A stretch of DNA of 52,980 bases. Source: a virus. Taxonomy: Duplodnaviria; Caudoviricetes. The notes beneath the pieces are model-generated. The model saw only the letters and a program-made list of their open reading frames with translations. It was not told the DNA's origin and did no database searches. The position numbers and the translations under genes were made by a program. Shown here one piece after another: positions 28,672 through 37,406 of this stretch. The DNA is taken from IMG/VR virus record IMGVR_UViG_3300030104_002689, positions 1-52,980 of that record. The stretch is one strand, 5' to 3'. The first letter of the stretch is position 1. Each line of letters starts with the position of its first letter.

Positions 28672-29640
28672 TTAGTTAAGTACCATTTCTTTTGCTACAT
28701 CAAAAGCAAGTTTTTTAGTTTTATAACCCCATCCAAACCCTATAGATTTCATTCTATTGTTATAGTTTTTGCAATGATCTACATACTCTGTTACAGCATT
28801 GTAAGCATCATACATAGTTCTACCATTATTACCTTTGCCATAAACATAGTTATGCATTAATCTTTCAAACTGTGGTTTTGAAAAGTTTGGTGATTTTCTG
28901 CCTGTTAATGGATTAATACTTAAAGCATTTCTATGTTTAATTGCAGGAAATATAGTTTCAAAGTATTCTATAACTTGAGATTTATCAAGTTTAGTAATAT
29001 AGAAATCACGCATTATAGTAATTGCTGTGTCAATATCACCTTCATTAGCTCTAAGAACCTCTGTAAAATCATCCAATCTTTCTCTAGCATTTGTAGTATG
29101 TTTAATGGTTAGTTTTGTACCTTTAGAGTCTAATGAAAAGTCTAAAGTATTTTGACAAACTACACGAACAACTGTAGGTCGTATAACAATACCAGAACTA
29201 CCATCATGACTATTATACAACAACATATATGATTGTAATTCATCTGTATTTATACTATCTACATTAGGTCTTTTAGCTAATATCCATATTTTTTCTCCAT
29301 CGCCTAAAGCACCTGCAGTTTCATATGTATAACCTTTTTCTAACAACACTTCATCAAAAGGTTGAAATGCTTCTAGATTTTGTAATACTTCATATTTTTC
29401 AGAAACATTACCTAATGGTAAAAATTTACCATTTTTATCGTATCTATATGTACAATGATAACCAGTTGGTCTTGTTTCTCCATTAATTACATATGTTTCT
29501 GATTTATGTACTTGCCAATCTAATCCTGCTTGGACCAGTGCTTCTTCTGTTGATGGTGGTATGTTAAGTTCTGTTCCCAATCCGTGCCATGGTGTTTCTC
29601 CAACATAGAACATTGCTTCATTATTCATTATATTATGCAT
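28672..29640 (-). CDS. DUF932 / TIGR03299-family phage-plasmid protein
   Basis: MFYVGETPWHGLG, AGLDW.V, YETAGAL, NSHDGS, RVVCQNTL, AYNAVTEYVDH. Confidence 0.9.
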   Translation of the reverse strand: MHNIMNNEAMFYVGETPWHGLGTELNIPPSTEEALVQAGLDWQVHKSETYVINGETRPTGYHCTYRYDKNGKFLPLGNVSEKYEVLQNLEAFQPFDEVLLEKGYTYETAGALGDGEKIWILAKRPNVDSINTDELQSYMLLYNSHDGSSGIVIRPTVVRVVCQNTLDFSLDSKGTKLTIKHTTNARERLDDFTEVLRANEGDIDTAITIMRDFYITKLDKSQVIEYFETIFPAIKHRNALSINPLTGRKSPNFSKPQFERLMHNYVYGKGNNGRTMYDAYNAVTEYVDHCKNYNNRMKSIGFGWGYKTKKLAFDVAKEMVLN

Positions 29641-29842
29641 TTACTTCTCCTTTATTATAATTTGGATAATCGTATTTAGAGCAAGAGTTACATTGTTCTT
29701 CATCTATTTGATAAGTGTAATCTTTGCCATTTTTTTTATAGATCTTATATCTATATTCTATTACTCTCCTGCCATCGCATCTTGGACAGACATTAGCGTA
29801 CACTTCAGCAAGTAGTTCTTGCTCAGTCTTCTGGCGGGTCAT
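29633..29842 (-). CDS. Small zinc-finger protein
   Basis: CPRCDG ... CNSC. Confidence 0.65.
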   Translation of the reverse strand: MTRQKTEQELLAEVYANVCPRCDGRRVIEYRYKIYKKNGKDYTYQIDEEQCNSCSKYDYPNYNKGEVNA

Positions 29843-30215
29843 AGCCTCTTATTCTCCTTTCTGCTTTTAATTGCGTTTCTTTGTGTTGAACTTTGTTACG
29901 TATCATAGCTGCAAGATATGATAATGGTTTAGCTTTTAAATGCATTTCATCATCTATATATTGTCTTATGCCAAGCATAACATCTCTTAAATCAGCTGTG
30001 CCACCAACTGTGTACAAGAACTTGCTCTTTTCGATACCTGTGAGTTTGCCCTCGTACACATGCTTATCAATTATCTTGAAAAACTCGCTGATGACTTCCT
30101 GAAAAAGAGGACTAAGTTCATCCCAATACATTTTGGCTTCTGTAGTAATTACTTCAGGGTCAGAATGGTAATTACATCTTGGGCATCTAAAGTATCCTCT
30201 TTTTCTTGTTTTCAT
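29823..30215 (-). CDS. Hypothetical, possible replication initiator/loader
   Basis: CPRC knuckle plus a DnaD-like PLSYLAAMIRN helix; located in the replication block. Confidence 0.45.
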   Translation of the reverse strand: MKTRKRGYFRCPRCNYHSDPEVITTEAKMYWDELSPLFQEVISEFFKIIDKHVYEGKLTGIEKSKFLYTVGGTADLRDVMLGIRQYIDDEMHLKAKPLSYLAAMIRNKVQHKETQLKAERRIRGYDPPED

Positions 30216-31906
30216 TTTTTATAATGTCCTATTGAGTAAGGTTGTCCAGGAACTGCATACATTATCGAATGTTTTAATGTAGCAGGTATTTTATTGTATT
30301 TTTTAGTCATAAGATGTTCAACTAATTTCTTTTTACTGTTAAGATTTATACAATCTCCGTCTAATCTTTGTAAAGCAGCAACACCGTAACAATTAAAGAA
30401 CTTTTGTCTAAACTCCTTATTTTTAACAAACTCATGTGTAACATATTGATACAAGCTCAATGGAGACTCAATTGATTTAAGCCATTCATCTATTTCTGCA
30501 TATGAAAATGTGTTGTAATGATGGTTAAACCAGTATGGTGTCATTCTTTGTACAAATGTAGCATCTGTAAATTTCATAGTATGAACAGGATGAGATTTAT
30601 CTTGTATAATTGTTTCACCTTTTTTGTAATCATACGTTGATGGTACTGCTGTACTGAGTTCTCTGTGTTGTATTAAGAATTTAAATGTTGGATCTAAATC
30701 CTTTTTACTATTACCCATACGTTCTTTATATGTTTCTACTACTGAATCTACTATCGGTGCAACAAGTTTATTTATTTTATTGTAAGCCAATCTGTATATA
30801 TCATCTTTACTATCATCTTTTTTATTTTCAGTATCATTTTCTTTACTTACTTGTTTCTTTGTTTCATAATAGATAATAGGTTTTAAAGGATTACCATTCC
30901 ATTTAGTTACAACAATATCACTGTATTTAACTTCTGTTTGTTCTACTAGCCATGATTTTAATGATTTAGAATCTTTTATTTTCCAAACTGATAAATCCCA
31001 ATCATGTATATATGTTTTACCTTGTCTATCAGTGTATTCATTATTTTCTTGAACAGGTAATTCTTTAAATAATTCCTGACCTGCCAAAGTATGTTTTATC
31101 ATAACTTCTGAAAGAAACTGTTCATTGTCATGTATTTCTTTATCTATATACTCATCAAACAATACATTTTGATAATTTGGTGGTTTGACTCCTATTGCTT
31201 TTTCTTCTTTACGCCATACTTTTAAAGGCACAAATTCTAATAGCTTAGATGCAGTACTACCAGACAATCTGCTGTAAGCTTCTCTGCAAAAATCATAGAT
31301 ATTGTCATCATTAATTTCTTTAGCTCCATTTTCTTCAAGAAATTCATCATAGAAACTAATTTGTTTATCAAGTGGCATTTTACCAAACTCAACAATATCT
31401 TCTATGTAATCATCTAAACTTCCATCGTCTTCAGTTTCAGTAGCAAGTTTACTTAATTCACGAAAGATCTTAGGTTCTATGTTAGAAAGGAATGTAGCTA
31501 CTTGAATAAACGCTTTGTTTTTACCAAATAAGGCTTGTAATTGTTTTTGTGTTTTAACAACACCTTTAGCAGCCATTTGATTTATGCCAATAGCACAATC
31601 CCATATAGTTAGTTGTACACGATTCATATTAGTCATTAACTGAGCTAATGTAGAATCCATACCATATTCATCAAGTTGTATTTGATATGCTGGTATTAAG
31701 TCATGTTTTAGTTCTTTAACAATTTGCAAACGTTGATGACCATCTAATACAACTGGTTTCCCATTAATTAATTGATAAGTAATAGGTTGCAGTATACCAT
31801 ATTCATTAATGTTTCTTTTGAGTTCTTTATACTCACTTGTTTTCTTTTTGTTGTTACTACGTGCGTTACTAAAGGACTGAATGTCCTTGATTTTAAGGGT
31901 GTTCAT
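30212..31906 (-). CDS. ParB/Srx N-terminal domain protein with HTH and long C-terminal extension
   Basis: ELKRNINEYGILQPI...VLDGHQRL...NMNRVQL, then TQKQLQALFGKNKAFI (HTH-like). AGGAG RBS. Confidence 0.85.
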   Translation of the reverse strand: MNTLKIKDIQSFSNARSNNKKKTSEYKELKRNINEYGILQPITYQLINGKPVVLDGHQRLQIVKELKHDLIPAYQIQLDEYGMDSTLAQLMTNMNRVQLTIWDCAIGINQMAAKGVVKTQKQLQALFGKNKAFIQVATFLSNIEPKIFRELSKLATETEDDGSLDDYIEDIVEFGKMPLDKQISFYDEFLEENGAKEINDDNIYDFCREAYSRLSGSTASKLLEFVPLKVWRKEEKAIGVKPPNYQNVLFDEYIDKEIHDNEQFLSEVMIKHTLAGQELFKELPVQENNEYTDRQGKTYIHDWDLSVWKIKDSKSLKSWLVEQTEVKYSDIVVTKWNGNPLKPIIYYETKKQVSKENDTENKKDDSKDDIYRLAYNKINKLVAPIVDSVVETYKERMGNSKKDLDPTFKFLIQHRELSTAVPSTYDYKKGETIIQDKSHPVHTMKFTDATFVQRMTPYWFNHHYNTFSYAEIDEWLKSIESPLSLYQYVTHEFVKNKEFRQKFFNCYGVAALQRLDGDCINLNSKKKLVEHLMTKKYNKIPATLKHSIMYAVPGQPYSIGHYKK

Positions 31907-31935
31907 GTTTACTCCTATTGAGGTGGTTAATTAAA

Positions 31936-32220
31936 TAGGGCTAAACTGTTATTATGTATTCATAAACCTTTAACTACTAAATAACTAGTTGTGTTTAGCC
32001 CTAAAATTAATGAGAGTAAATAGTCGCATCCTGTTAGAGGTTACCAAGATACTCCCCAGTATAGACTCGATAACTTAAGTGATATTTACCTATTTACTCT
32101 CAATTATTGATTAAGATTTTGTGATTGGAACAACCGCCCCCAAATGCACAAGAGATGGAGGCGGCGTTGGCGTTGTTTCGCTGTCCAGTTATCAGGAAAG
32201 GGAAATTAAAACTGATAACT
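31936..32220 (-). ncRNA. Tandem set of four stem-closed structured RNA elements
   Basis: Inverted repeats 31936-46/31993-32003 (11 bp perfect), 32011-23/32090-102 (13 bp perfect), 32134-42/32156-64 (G-U on - strand) and 32187-95/32212-20 (9 bp perfect). Confidence 0.55.
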
Positions 32221-32846
32221 TAAAATGGTAAGTCCTCGTCGTCTACGACTGAGCCACTATCGGCAACTAATCCATGATACTGGTTAGCATCATGCCATGG
32301 GTGAACTTCTGTGACTCGGTTTACCATAGTATTTGGGTCATTATATTTAGGTTCTTCTTTAACGTGAACTATTAAAGGCAAACCTTGCCAGTTTTCGAAG
32401 CCTTTATCTAATTTCTTTATATCATTTAGATCAGCAGGGTATTCTGTTACTCCATCTTTTTCCTTCAGTGTTTTATTATACCCAGAATGATTAATTAAAT
32501 GCAAGAATTTTCCATTTACATCTCTAAAATACTCATATTTTTCTTTATCAGTCTTACCTTGTAGTTCTGTAGTTAGAAATACATCTAAATTCAGCCATTT
32601 TCTGCCAAATTCTGGATGTTTTTCGCCATCTACTTCAAGTGTAAACCATAACTTATCGTAAGTTAGACCTTCTTTCTTACCACTTTTGTATTTTAGACCA
32701 CTTTCTGACTTGAAAAACTCAGCATCTACTTCGTTTAATTTAACAATATGTACGCAGTAATCCCCTGGAGGTACTGTTTTTATTTTTTTCTTGTCAGATT
32801 TACTACTTCCTGTTGGAATGTCGTTTGTTGTACCTTTTATTGGCAT
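32220..32846 (-). CDS. Single-stranded DNA-binding protein (DUF669-like)
   Basis: VPPGDY.V.I N-terminus, acidic DDEDLPF tail, adjacent to ERF. Confidence 0.75.
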   Translation of the reverse strand: MPIKGTTNDIPTGSSKSDKKKIKTVPPGDYCVHIVKLNEVDAEFFKSESGLKYKSGKKEGLTYDKLWFTLEVDGEKHPEFGRKWLNLDVFLTTELQGKTDKEKYEYFRDVNGKFLHLINHSGYNKTLKEKDGVTEYPADLNDIKKLDKGFENWQGLPLIVHVKEEPKYNDPNTMVNRVTEVHPWHDANQYHGLVADSGSVVDDEDLPF

Positions 32847-33469
32847 TATTTACTCCTCTTTTGTATAATATTTTCTATTTCTTTTACTACTTTATCGTAT
32901 GTTGATGGATCTTGTTTGATACTAGTTAGTTTACGTTTCATTAAATCAGTATAATCTGATGCATTAATACCACCATTATCATAAAGCTCTTGTATTTTTT
33001 CTTGTAATGCTTGTAACGTCTTAACTTGTTCAGTTTTTAGTTTAGGTGGTGCCAATGCACCATCATCATCATCGCTACTTGCAAGATTTAAATGTGATAG
33101 TAAAGCATAGCGTCTTAAATATGTTATTGCTTGACCTGCACTTTGATAAGAGCTAACTCTTGTATTGGTATCAATAGGAACAGACACATTAGATATAATG
33201 TATTGACCAGATTTATGCATCCATGTGGTTTTTACACCTATCATTCCATCATTACCTATTGGTGCTTGCATAAAAGTTATACCATGTTTTTTCATAATGG
33301 GTTTGATTTTAGGCAAAAGATAATCCATTGATGTGTACTTGAACTGACCTTGCGAATCTTTCTTAATTTTACTGAACTCATCAGTCAGTTTCATTTGAGC
33401 TTCAATAAGTTTAGTTATATCAGCTGACATTACATCGTATGATGTATCTTTATGGGCTATTTCATTCAT
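32846..33469 (-). CDS. erf: ERF-family single-strand annealing protein
   Basis: KY.S.D...HKSGQ...Q.AG.AITYLRRYAL...DDDDG. Confidence 0.92.
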   Translation of the reverse strand: MNEIAHKDTSYDVMSADITKLIEAQMKLTDEFSKIKKDSQGQFKYTSMDYLLPKIKPIMKKHGITFMQAPIGNDGMIGVKTTWMHKSGQYIISNVSVPIDTNTRVSSYQSAGQAITYLRRYALLSHLNLASSDDDDGALAPPKLKTEQVKTLQALQEKIQELYDNGGINASDYTDLMKRKLTSIKQDPSTYDKVVKEIENIIQKRSK

Positions 33470-33470
33470 A

Positions 33471-34232
33471 TTATCCTCTTTTTATATATGGTGAATCACA
33501 AATATCTACATAATCACAATAATCTCCACACTCCCACTTGTAAGCAGGCATGTAGTTATTCATGCTAGGGGTTGGTTCTGTTACGATATTATTTACTCGC
33601 TCCCAATAGTCACGAGCAAAAGTTTTATACGATAGATCTACAGGTTTTATTTTCATTACACTATCGTCTTTTTTATAATACACAAGACCCATTTCTACTA
33701 TTTTTATAGGTGGACCTTCTAATTCAAAGCAATTATCTTCTAACATCATTGCGTATGTGCCAAGTTGGTACTCATAATTATCTTTACTTGATGCTTTATC
33801 ACTAAATATACTTTTCCAACTCCAAACATTGGTAGTTTTCCAATCATACAAGTAACCTTTATTGTTTTCATCAACTATTAACAAGTCAAAACTGCCAGAT
33901 AGATTGTATTTTTTGTGTTTCATATGTATCTCTGTAAAATACAAATAATCTTTTTCACCTTGTGATGCGTACCATTTAATAGCTTTTTCAAAATCATTAC
34001 CTACTATTGTGCCAAGCTGCAATTTTCTGCGTGTAGGATTGCTTTGAGGTCTCATTTTAGCATCGTTTTTTAAGTACCATTGCTTTTTCATGCAAAGACC
34101 AGCACCTGATGCTGTGTACATACCTAACGATTTTTCCCGTCTGTTAAATCTGTTAACTTTTTCTTGTTGTTCTAGGTATGTTTTGTATATATGTAATGGA
34201 TCTTTATCCATTTTATTCCCTTCTGTACTCAT
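33471..34232 (-). CDS. Cas4-like PD-(D/E)XK exonuclease
   Basis: N-terminal Cys (GLC), G.FD...DWKT, YQL..Y, and C-terminal C...C.Y...C. Confidence 0.82.
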   Translation of the reverse strand: MSTEGNKMDKDPLHIYKTYLEQQEKVNRFNRREKSLGMYTASGAGLCMKKQWYLKNDAKMRPQSNPTRRKLQLGTIVGNDFEKAIKWYASQGEKDYLYFTEIHMKHKKYNLSGSFDLLIVDENNKGYLYDWKTTNVWSWKSIFSDKASSKDNYEYQLGTYAMMLEDNCFELEGPPIKIVEMGLVYYKKDDSVMKIKPVDLSYKTFARDYWERVNNIVTEPTPSMNNYMPAYKWECGDYCDYVDICDSPYIKRG

Positions 34233-34256
34233 AATTTACCCTTTATTTATAGTAGT

Positions 34257-34580
34257 TCATAAACCTATTTCGTCTAACTCTTTATTTACTATTGGTTTTT
34301 GTTCATCGGGTATACTATCATAATACTGATGCAATATATCATAACCTTTTTTGTATCTATCTTTCATAGTAATGTCAGATATAATCACACCAGCTACATA
34401 AATAACTAGGTCTATTACTTCTTCATAGGCTTCATTCATGTTATCTCTGTTCATTTCACCGTCTTTAGGCATATCATGTCCAAACTTAACATTACCGAGC
34501 TTTAATCTATCTTTAATTGCTTTAAGAATTAGTTTATTGTTTGTTTCTTCACTAACTATTTTAATTTCATCAGATTTCAT
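34257..34580 (-). CDS. MazG-like all-alpha nucleotide pyrophosphohydrolase (putative)
   Basis: R...G..KFG ... EAYEEVIDLVIY (EExxD). Confidence 0.55.
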   Translation of the reverse strand: MKSDEIKIVSEETNNKLILKAIKDRLKLGNVKFGHDMPKDGEMNRDNMNEAYEEVIDLVIYVAGVIISDITMKDRYKKGYDILHQYYDSIPDEQKPIVNKELDEIGL

Positions 34581-34924
34581 TATCTCTCCTCAACTTCAAA
34601 ATGTTTACATGGTATTACTAGTTTTTTCTCACCGCCAAGTACTTTAAATGTGCCTTTTTCGTACGCTTTCTTTTTATCTATTCTATATACAAACAATTCT
34701 GTGAAATAATATATGTGATCAAAGTCGTGATTAGTTGTTTCATCTAGATTTAGAGTCCAAGAACCTTGATATTGGCGTGGAACTTTCTGTTTTACTACTT
34801 TGCCATCAGGCATTCTGCGTTTTACTGTACTTTTTAAGCCAAGCATACGCAATTTACCTTTTTCTGGCTCTTTTTTTATTAGTTTACGGTCTTCTATTAT
34901 CTGTCCGTATCTCATTTTAGCCAT
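34580..34924 (-). CDS. Hypothetical protein
   Basis: Coupled basic ORF. Confidence 0.65.
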   Translation of the reverse strand: MAKMRYGQIIEDRKLIKKEPEKGKLRMLGLKSTVKRRMPDGKVVKQKVPRQYQGSWTLNLDETTNHDFDHIYYFTELFVYRIDKKKAYEKGTFKVLGGEKKLVIPCKHFEVEER

Positions 34925-34926
34925 AA

Positions 34927-35133
34927 TTAACCTATAAACAGAGGGTTTCCGTCTTCATCAACGTCAGAAAGGTCAGATATGTCAGTTATTTTATTATTTG
35001 CGTAAGAATTACAAATTTTTTCTAATTCTAAAGCTATTGCAGTGATTTTCTTTAATTTTTTAGCGTATTTAAGATTTTTTTGATAAAAGTGTAAGGATAA
35101 TGCTGCAAAAATTAAAATTAATATGTATGTCAT
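34927..35133 (-). CDS. Small membrane-anchored protein
   Basis: N-terminal TM helix; GGAG RBS. Confidence 0.65.
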   Translation of the reverse strand: MTYILILIFAALSLHFYQKNLKYAKKLKKITAIALELEKICNSYANNKITDISDLSDVDEDGNPLFIG

Positions 35134-35134
35134 G

Positions 35135-35317
35135 TTATCTCCAATTCTTTACAAGAACATTATTAGATGTATCTACCTCTAAGCCAAGCTCATTCTCTAA
35201 TGTTTCTAAGTTTTGTAAGAAACTTTTACGTTCTTCACCAGTCTTTTTATTATCTGGTGTTGTATTATGCACCTTTATTTCTATTAATGCATCTATCAAT
35301 TGCTCTATTCTCATCAT
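35135..35317 (-). CDS. Hypothetical protein
   Basis: GAGGG RBS; tight packing with neighbours. Confidence 0.6.
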   Translation of the reverse strand: MMRIEQLIDALIEIKVHNTTPDNKKTGEERKSFLQNLETLENELGLEVDTSNNVLVKNWR

Positions 35318-35324
35318 AATTCCC

Positions 35325-35801
35325 TCAATTTATATTAAAGTATAAATATTCTTCATCGTCATAATACTGTTTAAGTGTAGGACATAGCCATATTGTATTA
35401 CCTTGCGTACGTAATACATCACTATTATACAGTACCCATTCAGAGCTATCATCATCAAACATTTCTGTACGAGTTAATGAATAGCTATTAGGAAAGTAAG
35501 TTGATGAGAAGTTTAAAACAAATTCATTATCTTTTTTATCTGGGAAGTACAATTTTACTATTTCATCGAGCAAATCACTTGCACCACCAACGAACGCTTC
35601 TCGATAAATCCCTTTAGGAGGGTCATCGAACACCCATTGTATACCATGTAGTTTGTATAACTTTACACTATATATGGACATCGCTTTATTACTATCTTTT
35701 TTCTTAGGTTTGATTCCCATTTTCTCTTTAAGTCTTTGCCACACGGGATCTTTGTTAAAGTCTGGCAATGGTCTTCTTTTTTTCTTCATTGGAACTGGCA
35801 T
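35325..35801 (-). CDS. DUF6717-like protein
   Basis: WVFDD....EAFVGGA...F.L.FS...FP...WLCP.L..Y; GAGGAG RBS. Confidence 0.7.
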   Translation of the reverse strand: MPVPMKKKRRPLPDFNKDPVWQRLKEKMGIKPKKKDSNKAMSIYSVKLYKLHGIQWVFDDPPKGIYREAFVGGASDLLDEIVKLYFPDKKDNEFVLNFSSTYFPNSYSLTRTEMFDDDSSEWVLYNSDVLRTQGNTIWLCPTLKQYYDDEEYLYFNIN

Positions 35802-35803
35802 TA

Positions 35804-36094
35804 TTATTCTCCTCTACTTTTTAATCTAAGTACTTCATTTTCTAATATTTTAATACGAGTCTTTAAGTCGGTCATAGCATGTAGCATCAGTCTATCTTCT
35901 CTAAAAACATATTCGTGGTCTGAATCAATATTCTGTTCTTTCATTCTATCTAATTTAAGAGATAGAGTTAAGAACGCATGATATATGTGGTCATCTGGTT
36001 GACCAGCATCTTCCCAATATCTTTCTGCTTCATCCATGAATATATCAACTATTCTAACGAGTGCTGCGTGTTCACGATTGTCGAGTATTATCAT
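35804..36094 (-). CDS. Hypothetical early protein
   Basis: AGGAG RBS. Confidence 0.65.
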   Translation of the reverse strand: MIILDNREHAALVRIVDIFMDEAERYWEDAGQPDDHIYHAFLTLSLKLDRMKEQNIDSDHEYVFREDRLMLHAMTDLKTRIKILENEVLRLKSRGE

Positions 36095-36095
36095 G

Positions 36096-36332
36096 TTATC
36101 TCCTGTATATTTGTGAATGATCTATTATCTCTATTGAACTCATAGTGCGAACTTCTGCTTCGCCTAGACTTTCGTTTTGACAAATAATTGCGACTGCATC
36201 TGCGATACATACATCGCATGTACAAGCTGTTTGGAATAACTGTCCGTCTTCATCCATTTCAAAGTCTACTCCTGAACAATCTAATGTGTTTTCTGAAATT
36301 ATTCTGAACGTTTTCATATCTGTTGGTGTCAT
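36096..36332 (-). CDS. Hypothetical acidic early protein (CTCDVC)
   Basis: AAGGG RBS; Cys cluster. Confidence 0.6.
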   Translation of the reverse strand: MTPTDMKTFRIISENTLDCSGVDFEMDEDGQLFQTACTCDVCIADAVAIICQNESLGEAEVRTMSSIEIIDHSQIYRR

Positions 36333-36430
36333 AATATTTCCCTTATTATTTTGACTTGGTTGTGATTAATGTGAAAGCTATATAGTATACGAGCGCAGTA
36401 ACGACTGCGATTAGAAAGTCATCGGTTATA

Positions 36431-36643
36431 TTAAACATCTTTGTAGACCTTCTTAAGAATCCAATCTGGAAACACACGAGCGAATCTGCTCTTGGCTTTA
36501 TCGAGGTCGCCTGGTTTAGATGACTGACGAAGTGCTGTTTGTTGTGGACTATTTTCGAACTTGTTGATTGCTTTACGAATGTTATTCGCTTTACGACGTT
36601 GTGATGCTGATTGTTTTTTAGTAGGGTGTTTTGAACGAGGCAT
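36431..36643 (-). CDS. Basic early protein
   Basis: GGAG RBS; K/R-rich. Confidence 0.65.
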   Translation of the reverse strand: MPRSKHPTKKQSASQRRKANNIRKAINKFENSPQQTALRQSSKPGDLDKAKSRFARVFPDWILKKVYKDV

Positions 36644-36758
36644 TTAGAACTCCGAATTATGTAGTGTGTGAATACGAGTGATGATAAAAGGGGCGAACGT
36701 TGGAGAGAGTGGTTATAAGCATGACCTTAATAATACACTTTTGTCCGCCCGTTTTACC

Positions 36759-36788
36759 GAAAGAAGAACAAACTCCCGAAGGAGTTTG
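36759..36788 (-). terminator. Intrinsic terminator with cUUCGg tetraloop
   Basis: On - strand CAAACTCC-TTCG-GGAGTTTG followed by TTCTTCTTTC, 7 nt after the stop of 36796-37107. Confidence 0.8.
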
Positions 36789-36795
36789 TGAAGAA

Positions 36796-37107
36796 CTAAC
36801 TTCGAGCAGGCATTGTCAGAGACAATGACTCGCCATCGAAGTAGGTTCGACTGACATCGACATCGAAGGAAGATGGATCGAAGTCAAGCGGACATAGGAT
36901 GGACGTAGGATGTCCTGTGTTCTGCTTGGTCGAGCCATTGATGACGGTGTCCATCTCGACTACTACGCCTTTGACGTCAAGTGCAGTCTTGCCCCACTTG
37001 GCGTCGGTGTAGTAGAACCTACCAGTCGTTTGAGACTGCTGTAGGAAGTAGGTGGTCACCGACTTCTTGTCGATGCTGGGCTTTGGTGATGATTTTCTTG
37101 GTGCCAT
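36796..37107 (-). CDS. First early gene, hypothetical (103 aa), GC-rich
   Basis: AAAGGT RBS; ~50% GC by eye; own terminator. Confidence 0.75.
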   Translation of the reverse strand: MAPRKSSPKPSIDKKSVTTYFLQQSQTTGRFYYTDAKWGKTALDVKGVVVEMDTVINGSTKQNTGHPTSILCPLDFDPSSFDVDVSRTYFDGESLSLTMPARS

Positions 37108-37406
37108 GAGAATAATACCTTTCTATTTTGATTTTCAATGGTAACTAAAAATCGGAAACGAAGTTCCGAAGCAAGCCCGCTTGCAAGTAATATAGTGTCC
37201 GTATTATTTTGTGCAATTTTTGAAAGTTTCTACCATATAAAAAAAACGCATTACCTTACTATTATATTATTTTACAGATATATAAATTGTAAAAGTAGTG
37301 CGCTTTTGCTTCGCTAGAGGGTAATAGTTTTGACCTATATGAAGCAAGTAAAAAATTATAAAAAGATAGTTCTTTCTTTTAAAATAGAGTTTTGCGAATT
37401 TACCAC
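37108..37406. promoter_or_regulatory. Divergent early/late control region with hairpins; possible genome terminus or pac region
   Basis: Only divergent intergenic region in the window; inverted repeats at 37152-37169 and 37171-37184; upstream of the TerS-like gene. Confidence 0.6.

Noticed and set aside
31936-32220. CRISPR, TIGR-like or tRNA array
   Set aside because: Units share no repeated sequence or fixed period, and no cloverleaf or T-loop consensus is seen.
33471-34232. CRISPR-Cas system suggested by the Cas4-like gene
   Set aside because: No repeat-spacer array or other cas genes; the ERF/SSB context indicates a recombination exonuclease.
26468-35981. Short + strand ORFs inside the early block
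   Set aside because: Antisense shadows of well-supported - strand genes.
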